A DNA stretch of 64,000 nt. Source: Lama glama. Lineage: Eukaryota. The position numbers were made by a program, and so were the translations under genes. Positions 25,320 to 37,752 of the stretch are shown one piece after another; position 1 is the stretch's first letter; each line of letters opens with the position of its first letter. Below the pieces are notes generated by a model. The model was not told where the DNA came from, made no database searches, and saw nothing but the letters and a program-made list of their open reading frames with translations. The DNA is taken from the NCBI GenBank assembly GCA_028534125.1, contig CM052816.1, positions 80,602,001 to 80,666,000 on the forward strand, in the 5' to 3' direction.

Positions 25320-25880
25320 TTGTTTTATCCTAGGTTCTCTAGAAAATAAAGACTTGAGGCAAAATCTAATATTTTATTAGGAAATACAATGCCAGGGAAT
25401 TAGGAGTGATTGAAAAGAGGAAGGAGCAGGGAAGGGGGGAATCAAGTATGAGGTGGTGCGTTACCAGGCTGACCACTTTTCTTGACTCACCACTGCTGGG
25501 TGTCGAGAGCAAGTGATTGCTCTGGAAAGAAGGTCTTTTAAAAGCTATCTGAACTACTTCCTCTTAGACCAGTTTGTCCAAAGACAGGAAGATAGGTGAT
25601 TGTCTACTGGCTCCTGTCTCCCAGGATTAGGTAAAAAGTTTCCCCTTAGGAGGCTAGCATCCCCCATCATCCTGGGTTATTCATGTGTGGGCAGGTCCCA
25701 CTGTGTCTTGCATCTTATTGGCAACAAGAAAACCCAGAAGCTGGAGGTGAGGGACACATAACATGGGCACGAGGTGCAGGCCAGTGGGTTATGCTTCTGT
25801 GAAGTTGGTTACCACCTCAGCTAGGCCCATCAAAGGCCAACAGCTGGGAGACAGGGCAGTCAAGAGGATCTGATGCACTA
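25320..25880 (-). mobile_element. Old ERVL-type solo LTR (LTR33/LTR16-like)
   Basis: ctaggttctctagaaaataaagacttgaggcaaa...ttattaggaaatacaatgccaggga...ggtgcgttaccaggctgaccac motifs. Confidence 0.55.
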
Positions 25881-27689
25881 TCCCCTCAACTGTTAATATC
25901 TTTTAAAGTAATTTGCTCTTGTGTATTTTGATGATTAAAATTATAACACAGGCCAGTGAAGTATTTTGTCAAACTTCATGTCCCCAGATATTTTTAGGTT
26001 GCTCTGTTCTTGGTAATTTTCACTGCTATTGCTGTGCAGTTGTACCTGCGTGGCCATGATCACTTTGAAGGCTGGCATGTACTCTTGAAAAAGGCTCCTG
26101 CTGGTGCATCTGACTCAAGGTTGTGTTGGTCTCTGAACACTACCCTACTCAAATCCAGGAAGAACAAGATGACTTGTTATTGCTAAAGGAACATTGTGCA
26201 TTAATTAATTAGGCTGCAACAAATAAAAAATACATATTTTACTATTTTATAGCCTTAAAAAATGCCTAGTAGACAATGAAGAATGACATCAATCATTCTC
26301 TTAGACAGACAGGACCCATAGTATTTTCTATGAATGCCCTGTTTTCATTGGCATCTAATGCTGATTCACGATGAGTTGCTGAAAGAGATTGTGGTGTTCA
26401 GGCAAGCTTCTGGTTATGCATCTTACTAAGCTGTCCGCCAGGGCCGATACCCTGTTTTCACCCTACCCCATGCTTCATGGGAACAACAGAAAATGTCATC
26501 CAGTTGTACTTTTCATAAGAAGATTATTTAATTTCCATTTAGGCACCTTACAATATCTCCCTTGGAAATTTACTTTATTTTCTATTTATTAGTAGTTCAG
26601 TTATTCTGAAACCAGTTTTCCTCCTCCGTCTTTGATTTCACAACCTGAAAAGATTGTGCTCAACAAATAAAGATGTGTTTCTGGAGTAGGCACTTCATAA
26701 ATACCCCGGGGCCCTGTGTAACAATTATAAGCATCACTAATCAAATCAAATGTGACCATCAGAAAAGAAAATCTGATCCAATGTGAACTGTCATGGAAAT
26801 GTTATTAATGTGAGCCCACTCAGGGACACAAAATTCCATAGATTAAAAACTATAGATGAACATTTTTAAGTCTTACCGTCAGTTCCCTGAGACTCTTATC
26901 ATTTATTGTACCTTATCCTTCATTGTAAAGGGAAGTTGGTAATACAGTTTTCTTTCTGGCAGGAATGATGATGATATCGCAGTAAATATGACAGTAGTAA
27001 TGATGTGTGAAGCATACTGAGCTCTTAGGGTACATGCTGAGAAGAAATTGTCAAAAAAACACCATCACTTTTCTGAAAGGATGCAGGCTGCTCCTCCTTT
27101 TGACATTTAGATATCACTAAGGTTGTAAATTGTGAAGTTTTGTGTGCTACTTCAGCCAAATTTCCAGTGTATTTCTTCAGGTATAGTCATCTGTGTGAAG
27201 TTAGAACAGGAAGTGTTAAAATCAGCGAGAAACTTAAAATACATAAACTGACCCAGAAATTCTACCTTTAATCATTTAACTTACAGATAAGCATCAGATG
27301 TAACCCTAGATGACTGTAAAGAATGCTCATGGCCATGCTGTTTGTATAGCAATTTCTGAAAATAATCAAAACTTCTGTTGATGGAGGAACTGGATAATTT
27401 ATTAATATATTATAGTACAGACCTTTTAAGAATGAGGTAGACCCATATTTCTGAGATGTAAAAATTTCCAACAGAAGTTCAAAATTTCCTTAGAGGGAGG
27501 TAGAAGTAGCCGCCTCTTGGAGGTGGACATGAGTTAAAGTTTCCTTGGAAGAGCTATGTATTAAGAATCCATCCACTGTGCATATCAAAGAATAGGGGAG
27601 AGTGGAGGTGGCTAACACCTGCCAAGCCAGCCTTTGTAATTGCCCTTGACCTATTTTTAAGTGAAAAGGACAAGTTATAGAATTCAAGT

Positions 27690-28385
27690 AAGACATATGG
27701 ATGGATTGAACATATGCATTTGCCTCTGTTCCCAGAATTTCATTAAATAGGCAGGAGATTTAAAAAAAATAACTGAAAGTGGAACAAACCCACAAAGAAG
27801 AGGATTAGAGACAAGAGCAAAGAGAGGAGGGTGGTCAATAAAATTGTGGCAGCTGGAAGCATCTTAACCAAACTTAAAATCGACTTAGCATGCCAAAGAA
27901 AGCTAAAAACTGTCCACAGCGGAGATTTCCAGGCACCTCTGAAGGCAGAGGTGAGGGTGAAGGAAAATGGGAGTTGGGTGAAAGTTTATAAGAGAAGCAG
28001 TTGGATCTTTAGAACCTTTCCTCCATCCTGACCATAGCCTGGAGGTTTTCTCTTTGGTGAAGTAAACCAAGAGAGACCTTGGAATCAGGCACAGATGGTG
28101 GAGGTGAAAGGGCTCATCTCACCAGGGATTAAGTGATGAAAATACACACAGTAAGTAGTGTCATGTCCCCAGCCCCAGCCACAACCGAGCTCTATAAAAG
28201 CAGAGGACCAGCTTAGCCTCAAGAGGAAAAAACTGCATATAAAACAAACATGAAGCTCCTTTTCCTGATCACCTTATGTAAAGCCATGTCTCAATAACTG
28301 CCACCCATGGAACTTACAACCAGCTCATCAGTGCCTCATCTGAAATCTAAATAGATAGCCTAGGATTTCTGGTCAGGTGAGGAAA
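27690..28385 (+). mobile_element. Probable ancient L1M 5'-region fragment
   Basis: Starts with gatggattgaacatatgcatttgcctctgttccc and ends with ...agatagcctaggatttctgg...gaggaaa, resembling old L1M 5' UTRs; by eye only. Confidence 0.4.
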
Positions 28386-28478
28386 CTGTTTTGGGGGTTC
28401 AGTTCTGCACAAAGAATTCTTTTTTATTTTTATTGTATACAAAGAAGTGAAACTGGGCATTAAGAAAGGTACCTTCTC

Positions 28479-28767
28479 ATGAGGATCACACATAAAAATG
28501 CACGTGAAGACCTGTTGAGAGATCTGTGTTTACGCACATGAAATCTATATGCATGATCAGTATGTGCACAAGCCTAAATTCACTCGAGTACAGAGTAGTG
28601 CAAAGACTGTTAGATTTTGCTTCTGCTCCCCCTTCGGTATGAACTTGGGTCTCAATTTCCTCAGTTGTAAGACTTAAGTGCCAGATTTTTTTCTTTTAAT
28701 TCTAATTTCCTGTATTTCTAAACCCATGTGCAAAACCAATTATAAAATAAACCAATAAATTAAAAAA
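28479..28767 (+). mobile_element. Retroposed ~290 bp non-L1 insert with poly(A) signal, A-tail and TSD
   Basis: Direct repeat AAAGGTACCTTCTC at 28465-28478 and 28768-28781; AATAAA at 28746 and 28754; A-run to 28770. Confidence 0.8.
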
Positions 28768-29844
28768 AAAGGTACCTTCTCTCTAAAATTCCAAACTCAC
28801 AGCATTACCACAATTAACAAAACCCAAATCAGCAACTATGCTTCCTGCTTAATCATCCAGTTACAACTCCTGCAACTTCTTAGTCACAAGTTAGTTTAAT
28901 TAGCTCATAAGTGCACAGGCAGTGCTCTCTCTGCTTATTTTTGTGCTTGGCTTGGAATTAGCTCTTCCATCTCAGTCTGCCCTGCCCAAGGAGGTCTGAG
29001 GGACTTCGGCACCCAGGACGAGCCCAGGCTTCTTCCATCAGACCCTCAGAAGCAGAAAACAGGGAACGAAGTCATGTATTCGTTAACTAAAAACCTTATT
29101 TTACAGAGGAAGAGAGAGAGAGGTGGAGTGAGACCCAGGGCAATACGCAGTCAGTGAAAAAGCCCAAGTCCCCCTGAGCGCTGGCCCGGTGCCCTTTACC
29201 CGACGCTGGCTTGATTCATTTCCCTCATTCTTCTCTCTGTCCCCCGTCATGCTTTGATTGACTCAGGGTCAGTTGCGTTTTTACCTTTTTCTTGTCCATC
29301 TCCAAGGAGAATTCGATGTGCATTCACTGAATAAAATTACCTTTAGGTTTAATCAGAGTAATCTCTGACTTTATAAAATAAACACGAAGTTCCATGCTGC
29401 TCACCTTGCTCTAGACTTTATGAAGAGTTGAGTGAAATAAGCGATGGACTGTAAGAAAAATTTGATGTTTTCCTCCTGTTCCATACTGGAGTTTTGTGGG
29501 AAATAGGGTTTAATAGCAGTATTCTGAGTTTCAGTGCTGTCCGAGTGTGGGTATTATTTTTAGTCTAATAATCTTGGTGACCAATAATATTTCCAGTGAA
29601 ATATTTTGGGCCTAATGATTCTTCCAGAATTTGCCATGCAGAAGTCTTTTTCAGCCCCTCAATCAATCAATGAGTATTTACTGAAAGCTCAGGCTGTGTT
29701 TAGCACACTTATCTAATTGCCATGCAGGATGAAGAAAGAGGAATTGAGTTCTGCCTTATATAATCAAAATTGGATTGTGATTATATAAGATGAGGTTAAT
29801 AGTAGTAGAACATGAAATAGAATGTAAATTACAAGAGTCTATGT

Positions 29845-30335
29845 GGTTCACAATAGCCAGAAGGTGGAAGCAACCCAAGTGTCTATCAGTGGGTGAAAGG
29901 ATAAAGGAAATGCAATATCTACATACGTGGAATATTATTCCACCTTAAAGAAGAAATTCTGGCACATGCTCTAACGTGGAGGAAACTTGAAGACATTAAG
30001 CTAATTGAAATAAGCAAGTCACAAAAGGACAAGTATTGTAAGATTTCACTTATATGATGTCGCTCCAATAGTCAAATTCATAGAGACAAAAAAATAGAAT
30101 GGTGGTTGCCAGGGGCTGGGGCAGTGTGAGTTGGGGGTAGAGATGAGGTGTTCTTATTTCATGGGTATAAAATTTCAGTTTGGGAAGATAAAAAAGTCCT
30201 AGGGATGGATGGTGGTAATGATTAAAGAACAGAATGAATGTATTTAAGGCACTGAACCGTAAGCTGAAAAATGATTAAAATAGTAAATCTTATGTTTTAT
30301 ACATTTTACTGCAATAGAAATAATTTTTTTAAAAG
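29845..30335 (+). mobile_element. Old L1 (L1MB-like) 3' end
   Basis: ttcacaatagccagaaggtggaagcaacccaagtgtctatcag...agtcaaattcatagagac...ggtggttgccaggggctggg...aaaatgattaaaatagtaaatcttatg. Confidence 0.85.
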
Positions 30336-30954
30336 AACGTGTATATAGTAAGTTCAGACACATTCAGAATCATCTTACATAAGCTGCTTTCACAGGCCAG
30401 AGAATCTCCCTTCTGTTTCCAAGCAGCCACATCATGACATGACTTGAGTCTTGTCTGTTAGCTGGTTGGAGACTGCACATGGTGCCCTGGGTCCATCCAG
30501 ACTCTCTGCATGCCGTCTTGGTTTTCCTCTCCCACTTCCCCTTTTTATCCTCTCTCAGCTTTCTTTGTAGCCCTGTCCTGTCTCCCCACATCTGAGTCCT
30601 AGCCTCAAATCAAAACTAGTTCAGAGAAACTGGACTGCTGAGGCATTAGAGCCCAGGTATGATGGGTTTGTTTTTTTTTCCATTTTGCTTGCGAGTCAGC
30701 CTCAGTCCACATTCTCCAGAGAACTGAATACTAAATTAAGCCAGATTCAGTTCACACGCTCTATGGTATAAACCCTTCCTAAATTCACATCTCCAAATTA
30801 TGAGTGCCTTTATTCTATGACTCCTTCAGAAAGAGTTCTACTAATTGAAACTTTCCCCTTCTTGACTGCATAGGGGTTAGCGGGATTCTGCTGGCGCTCC
30901 CCTGGTGATCCTGGGGAAGGATCCTGACCCTCCCCCCTCACCCCTCTCTTCCAG

Positions 30955-31114
30955 TGCACTGCTTCCTGCGGAGGTGGCTTTCAGAAGAGGACTGTCCAGT
31001 GTGTTTCCTCAGAGAACAATAAAACTGAAGGCCAAAACCGATGCCTGTGTGATCACGAACCCAGACCACCAGAATTCAAAAAATGCAACCAGCAGGCTTG
31101 CCAGAAGAATGCTG
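30955..31114 (+). CDS. ADAMTS12: ADAMTS12 exon 23, last TSP1 repeat
   Basis: Acceptor cccctctcttccag|TGC, donor GCTG|gtaggt; 160 nt (53 codons + 1 nt). [53 protein letters not shown]. Confidence 0.96.
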
Positions 31115-31467
31115 GTAGGTGAATGGCTTTGCTCGATGGGGACAGAGCTTTTTGTAAATAAGTTATTGTCCTGCATGGCTGGATTTGTGGGTAGTTTTTT
31201 GTTCCCTTTCCTGAGCAGAGCATCTTAATGCTGAAGAGGCCAGCCAGCTCCCCTGGGAGCTGTCTGTCTGATTTGGTGAAGTTTGACGCTAATTCCTTGA
31301 GGAAGTAGCACATCAGTGCTCCTCTCAAAGCACGTTCGTGCTGACCTCATCCCGCATAGATGAGAAACAGAATCACTTCTATTTATTCAAAGATTCCTGA
31401 GAAAAATTCCAGCCTTTCTCAGGAACTCAGTCAAGTACTGAATGGCCCTTTCTGTCAGCCGAGCAGC

Positions 31468-31900
31468 ACTGTCTGAAGTCAGGTTCCCCGGAAATGGATT
31501 CTGAAGTGAAAATTTGCGTGCAAGGGATTCATTAAGGAAGGGGTCCCCTGGAGGACCACTGAGGGCGTGGGGAAAGTGAGACAGAGAAGCGGCCAGGCTG
31601 CCATTTCAGGCACAGTCCCAGCTTCAGCCGGGCCCCCAGGGAAGCTCCAGGGTGAAAGGTAAAATTCAGGGTTGTCTGCTTCTGAGGCCAGTGAGGTGGA
31701 TGTTCCTACGCCCGCGCTGGTCAGCCATCAGCCCACAGCTACTGCCAGGGAGAGTGAATTTGCAGGTATTTAAGGCTCTCCACCAGTGGTGGCCTTCTTC
31801 CAGAGGTCCTTGAGGGTGAGTGGCAGTGAAACCAGTGGTCTGTTAATTGGCTGCTCACTGGCCTCCAAGCACTGAGGGCTGGCATTCCACAGAGGCTGCT
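31468..31900 (-). mobile_element. LTR16-like ERVL LTR remnant
   Basis: tgtctgaagtcaggttccccggaaatggattctgaagtgaaaatttgcgtgcaagggattcatt. Confidence 0.5.
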
Positions 31901-31944
31901 GTTAGAGCGCACATGCCAGGAGGGCTTTCCCTAGGGGTGGTTTA

Positions 31945-32420
31945 TTTACAAATCCTGTATTTACTCGACAGATGTTGGAGGGGGCACTTACAATGTGTTA
32001 AACATAATGTCAGACAGGGAAGAAAACCGCCCACCGCGAGACCCTGATAAGGGTGGTAAAGATGTTACGGGAGTACTCGGGGAGGGTGTCAGATGTAAAC
32101 TGGGGAGAGCGGGGAGGGCCTCCGGAGGAAGTGAAGGACGAGTAGAGAAGTCAGGTGAGAGGTATCTGGAGCAGCTTTCAGTGTCTGCTGTAGCCAGGAA
32201 CAAGAGAAGTCTAACTCAAGTACGAAGTTCAAGGGGAGCTGGGAAGCAGTAGGGCCAGAGGGATAAGCTGGAGCTAGAGGGTACAGAGCCTCATCAAGCA
32301 TGCTGATGAGTTTGGACTTTATCCCCAGGGCAGAAGGGAGCCATTGAAGTATTCCAGACAGGGGAGTGCAGGTGAGAAAGTCATGCTGGCTGCAGAGTGG
32401 AAGACAGAAGGAAAAGAGCA
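31945..32420 (-). mobile_element. L2 remnant
   Basis: tatttactcgacagatgttggaggggcacttac...gagtttggactttatccccagggcagaagggagccattgaag...agaaagtcatgctggctgcagagtgg. Confidence 0.65.
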
Positions 32421-32894
32421 AAATGGGAAGAGACCCAAAGTGAGAAGGAAAGAAATCAAAGAACAGAGCAGAAATAGAGACTAATAAGACAACAGACCTT
32501 TTCTGCCAGCCTTCCAGTCTTTCTCATCAACAGCTGCTCTGTAAATTGTTGTAATTTTGGTAAGCTGTGGGAAGAGGTGGGCTCAGGGTCTTCCTACTCT
32601 GTCTTGCCCACCCCCCAGCAGACTTCCTACTGAAAGATACTCTTCCAGATGAATAGGTTTCATTCATTTATTCAGCAGATATTATTGATCAGAAGGTATG
32701 TCTCAGACAAGTGCTAAAAACTGAGGGTACAGAAATGAGTTTTACCCAGTCCCTGGCCTCAAGGAACCTGAAGTCTTACAGAAACTTTATTTGCCAACAA
32801 TATTGAAATTATTTTTCAACGTTTGTGGGCAAAATAGTATCCTTCAACCTAGACATAGCGGAAAGCTAGGGAACAAGCTTATACTGTCCCTTTA

Positions 32895-32950
32895 TTTTTT
32901 TTTTACATTTTTTTATTGAGTAATAGTCATTTTACAATGTTGTGTCAAGT
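32895..32950 (-). mobile_element. Extremely 5'-truncated (~55 bp) L1 tail with 16 bp TSD
   Basis: Minus strand reads ttgacacaacattgtaaaatgactattactcaataaaaaaatgtaaaaaaaaaa. TSD TTATACTGTCCCTTTA at 32879-32894 and 32951-32966. Confidence 0.88.
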
Positions 32951-33529
32951 TTATACTGTCCCTTTAAATCTTGACATGTGGTTTATACTGAACAGGCAGA
33001 GGACGTCCTCCCCAAGCTGCCCCTGATTAGAAGCATTGTGTGTGCTTCGGCTGGAATCCAGTTGGCTGATGAACACAGCCAGCCTTCATTGTTTTACGAT
33101 AATGAGGAGAACTGGTGCAGTTAAGCCCTGCCTTGATGTTGGGCTCACAGTCATTGTCTAAATGAGCTGCTAAACATAGGCCTGGAACACAGGCTCCCAA
33201 TATAGGTCACCGCTATCCTCCACTCCCCCTCCCAGTTTCCTACTTTCAAACAGGAGGACCCTAGGATCCACATGTGCCTGGGGCTCTAGAGAATCACTGA
33301 ACAACAGGGCTCATGATCTCATGATTCCCAAGATCAGACCAGGCTTGGCTGAGCCTCTTTGGGTCATGTAGGTGTTGACCTAACCTACAAGTGAGGGCCC
33401 TGGGTTGAGCAAATGAAGATATTCTGGGTGAGGAAGACCTGTCCATGTGGTCCCTTCCTTGCTCATCACCAACTCAAGAGGTTCATTCTCTTGGTGGCAG
33501 AGCTTTAGAGGCACTGAAGCAACATTCAA

Positions 33530-33728
33530 ATTCCAACACCACCATCTATATTCTAGCTGTGTGATGTTGAGCCAGTTCCTAAGCCTCTCTGGTACCTCAG
33601 CTTTAAAAGGAGAAGAATAGACATACCTATACATAAATGTCTCTGAGGATTAAATGAGATAGTATGTGTCAAACTCATTGCCTAGTATGTGTTCAGTGCT
33701 TAATAAATTGTTACCTAAGTTATTATTA
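33530..33728 (+). mobile_element. MIR SINE remnant
   Basis: tagctgtgtgatgttgagccagttcctaagcctctctggtacctcag...gaggattaaatgagatagtatgtg...gtgcttaataaattgtt. Confidence 0.75.
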
Positions 33729-33740
33729 TGTGGGGAGGAG

Positions 33741-34175
33741 TGCATTAATTTCCTAGGGCTACAGCAAACTACCAGAAGCTTAAAACAATAGAAACGTATT
33801 CTCACAGTTCTGGAGGCCAGAAGTTCAAAATCAAAGCTCTTGGTAGGGCCAGGCTCTCAGCTCCTGGTGGTTACTGGCTTTCCTTGGCTTATCACTACGT
33901 AACTCCAATCTCTGCCTCCATCATCATGGTCATCTTCCTCTGTTTGTGTCTTCATGTGGCTCTCTCTTGACTGTATATGTCCATCTCTTCTCTCTTTATA
34001 AGGATGTTGAATTAGGGCCCACTCTACTCCAGTATGGCCGTATCTTAATTTACATCATAATTACATCTGCAAAGAAGTATTTACAAATAAAGTCATAGGC
34101 ACAGGCACCAATGATTAGGACTTCAACTTTGTGATGGATGCTTAAACTTTAGAGGATACAATTCAACATGTAACA
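33741..34175 (-). mobile_element. MaLR solo LTR (MLT1B/C-like)
   Basis: attctcacagttctggaggccagaagttcaaaatcaa...ccaatctctgcctccatc...aattagggcccactctactccagtatgg...acaattcaacatgtaaca. Confidence 0.8.
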
Positions 34176-35837
34176 GGGTTAAAGACTTTGGAAGCCTCTA
34201 AGAGGCCTTTTTATAATGGCAGACACTCTTGAGAGGGGTCACACTTCAGCTCTTAGTGGAAAAAGCTCGCATACCATTTTACAGAAGAGTTCAAGATGGA
34301 ACATAGTGCTGTGTTGTCGCGAATGTTACAGCAATAATACAAGTTTGGAGATTGAGACAGAGGGAGTCTATGTGGTCTAACATGGCCCACAAAAACCTTT
34401 GTGGAGAGAAGGAATGGAAGCTGAGCTTTCATACTTTCTCTGTCTCCTCCCTTTCTTGAAGTAGCCTCAGCATGGCAGGGAGGATGTGGGGCAAAGAGCT
34501 ACCCAAGAGCCCTTCTCCATCCACCATCCACAAGTGCTTTAGGAGAGGCTGGCTAAGAAGTCAGAGCATTCCTGTGATGGTGGACCCTGTTCCAAAGCCA
34601 GCAGCCCAGGAAGGATCCTTGCCTTGTTCTGAACAGCAGCCTGCATGATGCATGGCCCCGGCCCTATGGAGAACACCTGCTGCTCTAGTGGGAACATGGC
34701 AGACGAAGAGCTCGAATTCCTGTTCCACAGTAGGACATCTTGGCAGAAATATGTACTCCTAACATGTCAGGTCGTATACAGAAGTATCCTGTGTGCTCGA
34801 GAGACACTGATATAATAGATTCAAGAAGAGGCTTGAAGAAGAAAAGAATCCACAATGAAGAGGTTTGGGATTCTAAGAGCATTATATGTTACCTGGTCCC
34901 AAGAGCACTTGAAACTTGCAAACCAAATGGAATTCTGACAGCTAACAAAGACACTTATTTCTTCTTGAAAATGCAAAGTGCAGTCAAGAGAATGATGAGT
35001 TCTGAAGAGCTAGAAAGCATTTTTCGCCTTCATGACCTGAAGGTGAAAAATACAGTGAGAGGCAGAAATACCATCACAAATTTCGGTAAAGAGGATATCA
35101 CCTCAATTTCTACTTTTACTGACAGTTCAACTTACAAAGGACAGCAGCCCATTTGTGAAGGAGTTTTTCTTCCGGACCGTTCAAATCTTTTCTGAAAGGA
35201 GAAAGAAAATCAGCTTGAGCTCTGAGAGGCACTCAAGCAAAGTTTGAAACAGTTTCACTTTTTATGAAAGAAAAATCTGTTGTCTGGGTCTTACTGAATT
35301 CCTTCCAGACCAGGAGTACGTGGGCCATTGCAGTCTGAGCACCAGCCACCGAACATGCGAGGGTGGTCCTTGAGAAATCTAGTCTAATTCCCCGCTTCAT
35401 GTGTGGGGAAAGGAGGGCCAAAATGACTAAGGGACTTACTTGCCCAGAGTTAGAGAAGAAGGAGGGTTAGACCCTAAGTAATGAGTTGTATCCTCACTGT
35501 GGGGACTACTTGTGTATGTCTTGTGCCTTCATCTACAGGGCACATTTCTCAAGGGCAGTGACCATGTTGTATACACCTGCATCCTTTGCTTGAAAGCATT
35601 GGTTAGTCGGCTGACTGACCGCTTGGTGTTCCAAATGATAACGATTGATTAAAACATGAGCTTTCAAGTTGAAACTGCCTGTGTTCAGAGCTGACGGTGC
35701 CACTTACCAGCTAGATAATGATGTGCAAGTTCTTAACCTCTGTAGGTTTTACATTCCTCATTTGTAAAACAAAGTACAGCTGTATGTCCCTAATAGTTAC
35801 TGCTGTGAAGATTAAATGGAATGATGCCTGTAAAACA

Positions 35838-36275
35838 TTGCATTCAGCTACCGCATACCAACGCTACATTGCAGAACACCTCTAAACTCAGGGCTTTAAA
35901 ACCACAAGCATGAATTTCTTGCTCAGCAGCCACCGGGCAGCTGAAGTTCAGCTGATCTACTTGGCTCTGCTTGGCCTGGGCTGCAAGCTGTAGGTTGGAT
36001 CTAGGTCTGCTCTGTGTGTCTGTCATCCTGTGTGTCCAGTGGCTGCTTGGGCCAGATTCTTCTAACGGTGATGACAGCGGCTCGTCAGGGCTGCCTCACC
36101 CTCCTGCACATGCCAAGGCTCCTCAGGGATCATATCTGTTAACATCCCATTGTCTAAAGCAAGTCTCAGGGCTGAACCCAAAGTCCAGGATTGGGGAAGG
36201 ATTCACCACCTGGTGGCTGTGGCAAGGCTGGGAACGCGTAACGTTGCTACACAGGACTGAATGGCAGGAGATGTC
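35838..36275 (-). mobile_element. Old MaLR LTR (MLT1J/K-like), next to a MIR at ~35670-35840
   Basis: ctctaaactcagggctttaaaaccacaagcatg...ttggatctaggtctgctctgtgtgtc...aacatcccattgtctaaagcaagtc...ctgaacccaaagtc. Confidence 0.6.
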
Positions 36276-36386
36276 AGCTGTTGTTATGAATTCTTAGTAG
36301 CCATATCAAGTCTTCCATTAATAGAAGTTGTGCTCATTAACTTGCAAAAGGATCACCTTTATTTCTTTTTTTTTTTTCTCCCACAG

Positions 36387-36565
36387 ATTTACTTTGCACC
36401 AAGGACAAGTTATCAGCCGGTTTCTGCCAGACATTAAAAACCATGAAGAAGTGTTCTGTGCCCACCGTGAGGGCTCAGTGCTGCCTCTCGTGTTCTCAGA
36501 CACACACCGCCCACACTGAACGGCCGAGAAAGCGGCAGATGCTCAAAAACCCCAAAGCCCCCTAA
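36387..36565 (+). CDS. ADAMTS12: ADAMTS12 terminal coding exon 24, PLAC domain and stop codon
   Basis: Acceptor (t)n ctcccacag|AT completes the phase-1 codon G|AT. (D)[58 protein letters not shown] with TAA at 36563-36565; six-Cys PLAC pattern. Confidence 0.96.
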
Positions 36566-37746
36566 GTCCAGAAGGAAGCCACTGTCCACCATGGACTGCT
36601 GCAGCCTGCTGACCATGACCTGTTCTAGCCCCAGGGACCACTTCATTGAGGTTTTACTTGTGTATTTCAGGTTCAAGCTTGGCTCAGAATGAAACCCATT
36701 GTTCCTTTAGCCACAAAATGTCCCTCGCAGGAGGCATGGCTCTGTAATACATACTGCTCCTCGATAGGCAGGTGAGGTACCCAGGAGAAACGGGCATCTC
36801 CTGGGATCATCTCCTGGGAAAGGTGTCAAGTTAGGCAAGTCTGTGAAATGAGGTCTTTTTTCCCTCCCTTAAAGATAAAAATCAGAGAGACCAGATTTTT
36901 CCCAGACTACCTCAAGAGTGTCAGGAAGCAGAGCCACACTTATCCAAGGAACAAATAATCTTATTAATTGGTGAAATCATCCTTTTTTTTTGCCTCCCTA
37001 CTTGGGGCAGCTGCTATTTAAAATGTTATTGGAGAGCTTTTAGGGACAATCTTTCAGTTCATCCAGGCAGGGGACCACTTTTTTTCACCCAGTGTCCAAC
37101 TGGACAGGAAGAGAAAGTGCTGGCTATACCCTCAGTCTGTCCCTAATCCCTGTGGACTCCACATCTGGGCTGTTTGGCTCCCATGCCTACCTGGAGACAC
37201 TCAGAGAGGAGGAAATGGGCAGGCACTGTAGGATTTAGGAAACCTAAGGGATTTAAGTTACTTATAAGGAAGGCATTTTTGACTTAGGGATAATTTCTAC
37301 GAAAACTCTTAAAAAGCAAATGAACATAAATCCAGGAAGGAAACATGTTTTTTCTTCCCACTTCCCTGGCAGATAATCCATTTCTTTGCAGAAGTGCAAA
37401 TGAGTCTTCCCATCTGACTCTCCCTTCTCGAGCATCTTCCCTGCCTGAGTCATCAGCTCAGGGTGACATGTCTTTTCATTACCAAGGGGTTTACACAGGA
37501 CAACTCTACAGCCACATCCATGGCTGCAACCCACCCCCCGTCAGCCCCAGCCTGCCCTCAGGTTGGAAAATGGAGCTCTAGATTAAAATATTTCCAAGAA
37601 CCAGGTAAATGGTATTAAGTACAAAAACTTAGTGCAAAGTTCTAGTCTCAGGAAAAGATGCCCTACTTTCTAGCACACCCAGTAGTTACTTGCAAGGATC
37701 TGCTTTCTTGCAGAGAACAGGTGAGTCAGGGGGTCCAAAAAAGTGA

Positions 37747-37752
37747 AATAAA
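37747..37752 (+). terminator. Candidate proximal polyadenylation signal AATAAA
   Basis: aagtgaAATAAAagttagaatg, 1.2 kb after the stop; downstream element only moderately GU-rich. Confidence 0.35.

Noticed and set aside
34740..35195. 151 aa intronic ORF with protein-like composition
   Set aside because: TTG start, no recognisable family, and no TSD or poly(A) to suggest a retrocopy. Its length is compatible with chance in 64 kb across six frames. A tblastn/PhyloCSF check would settle it.
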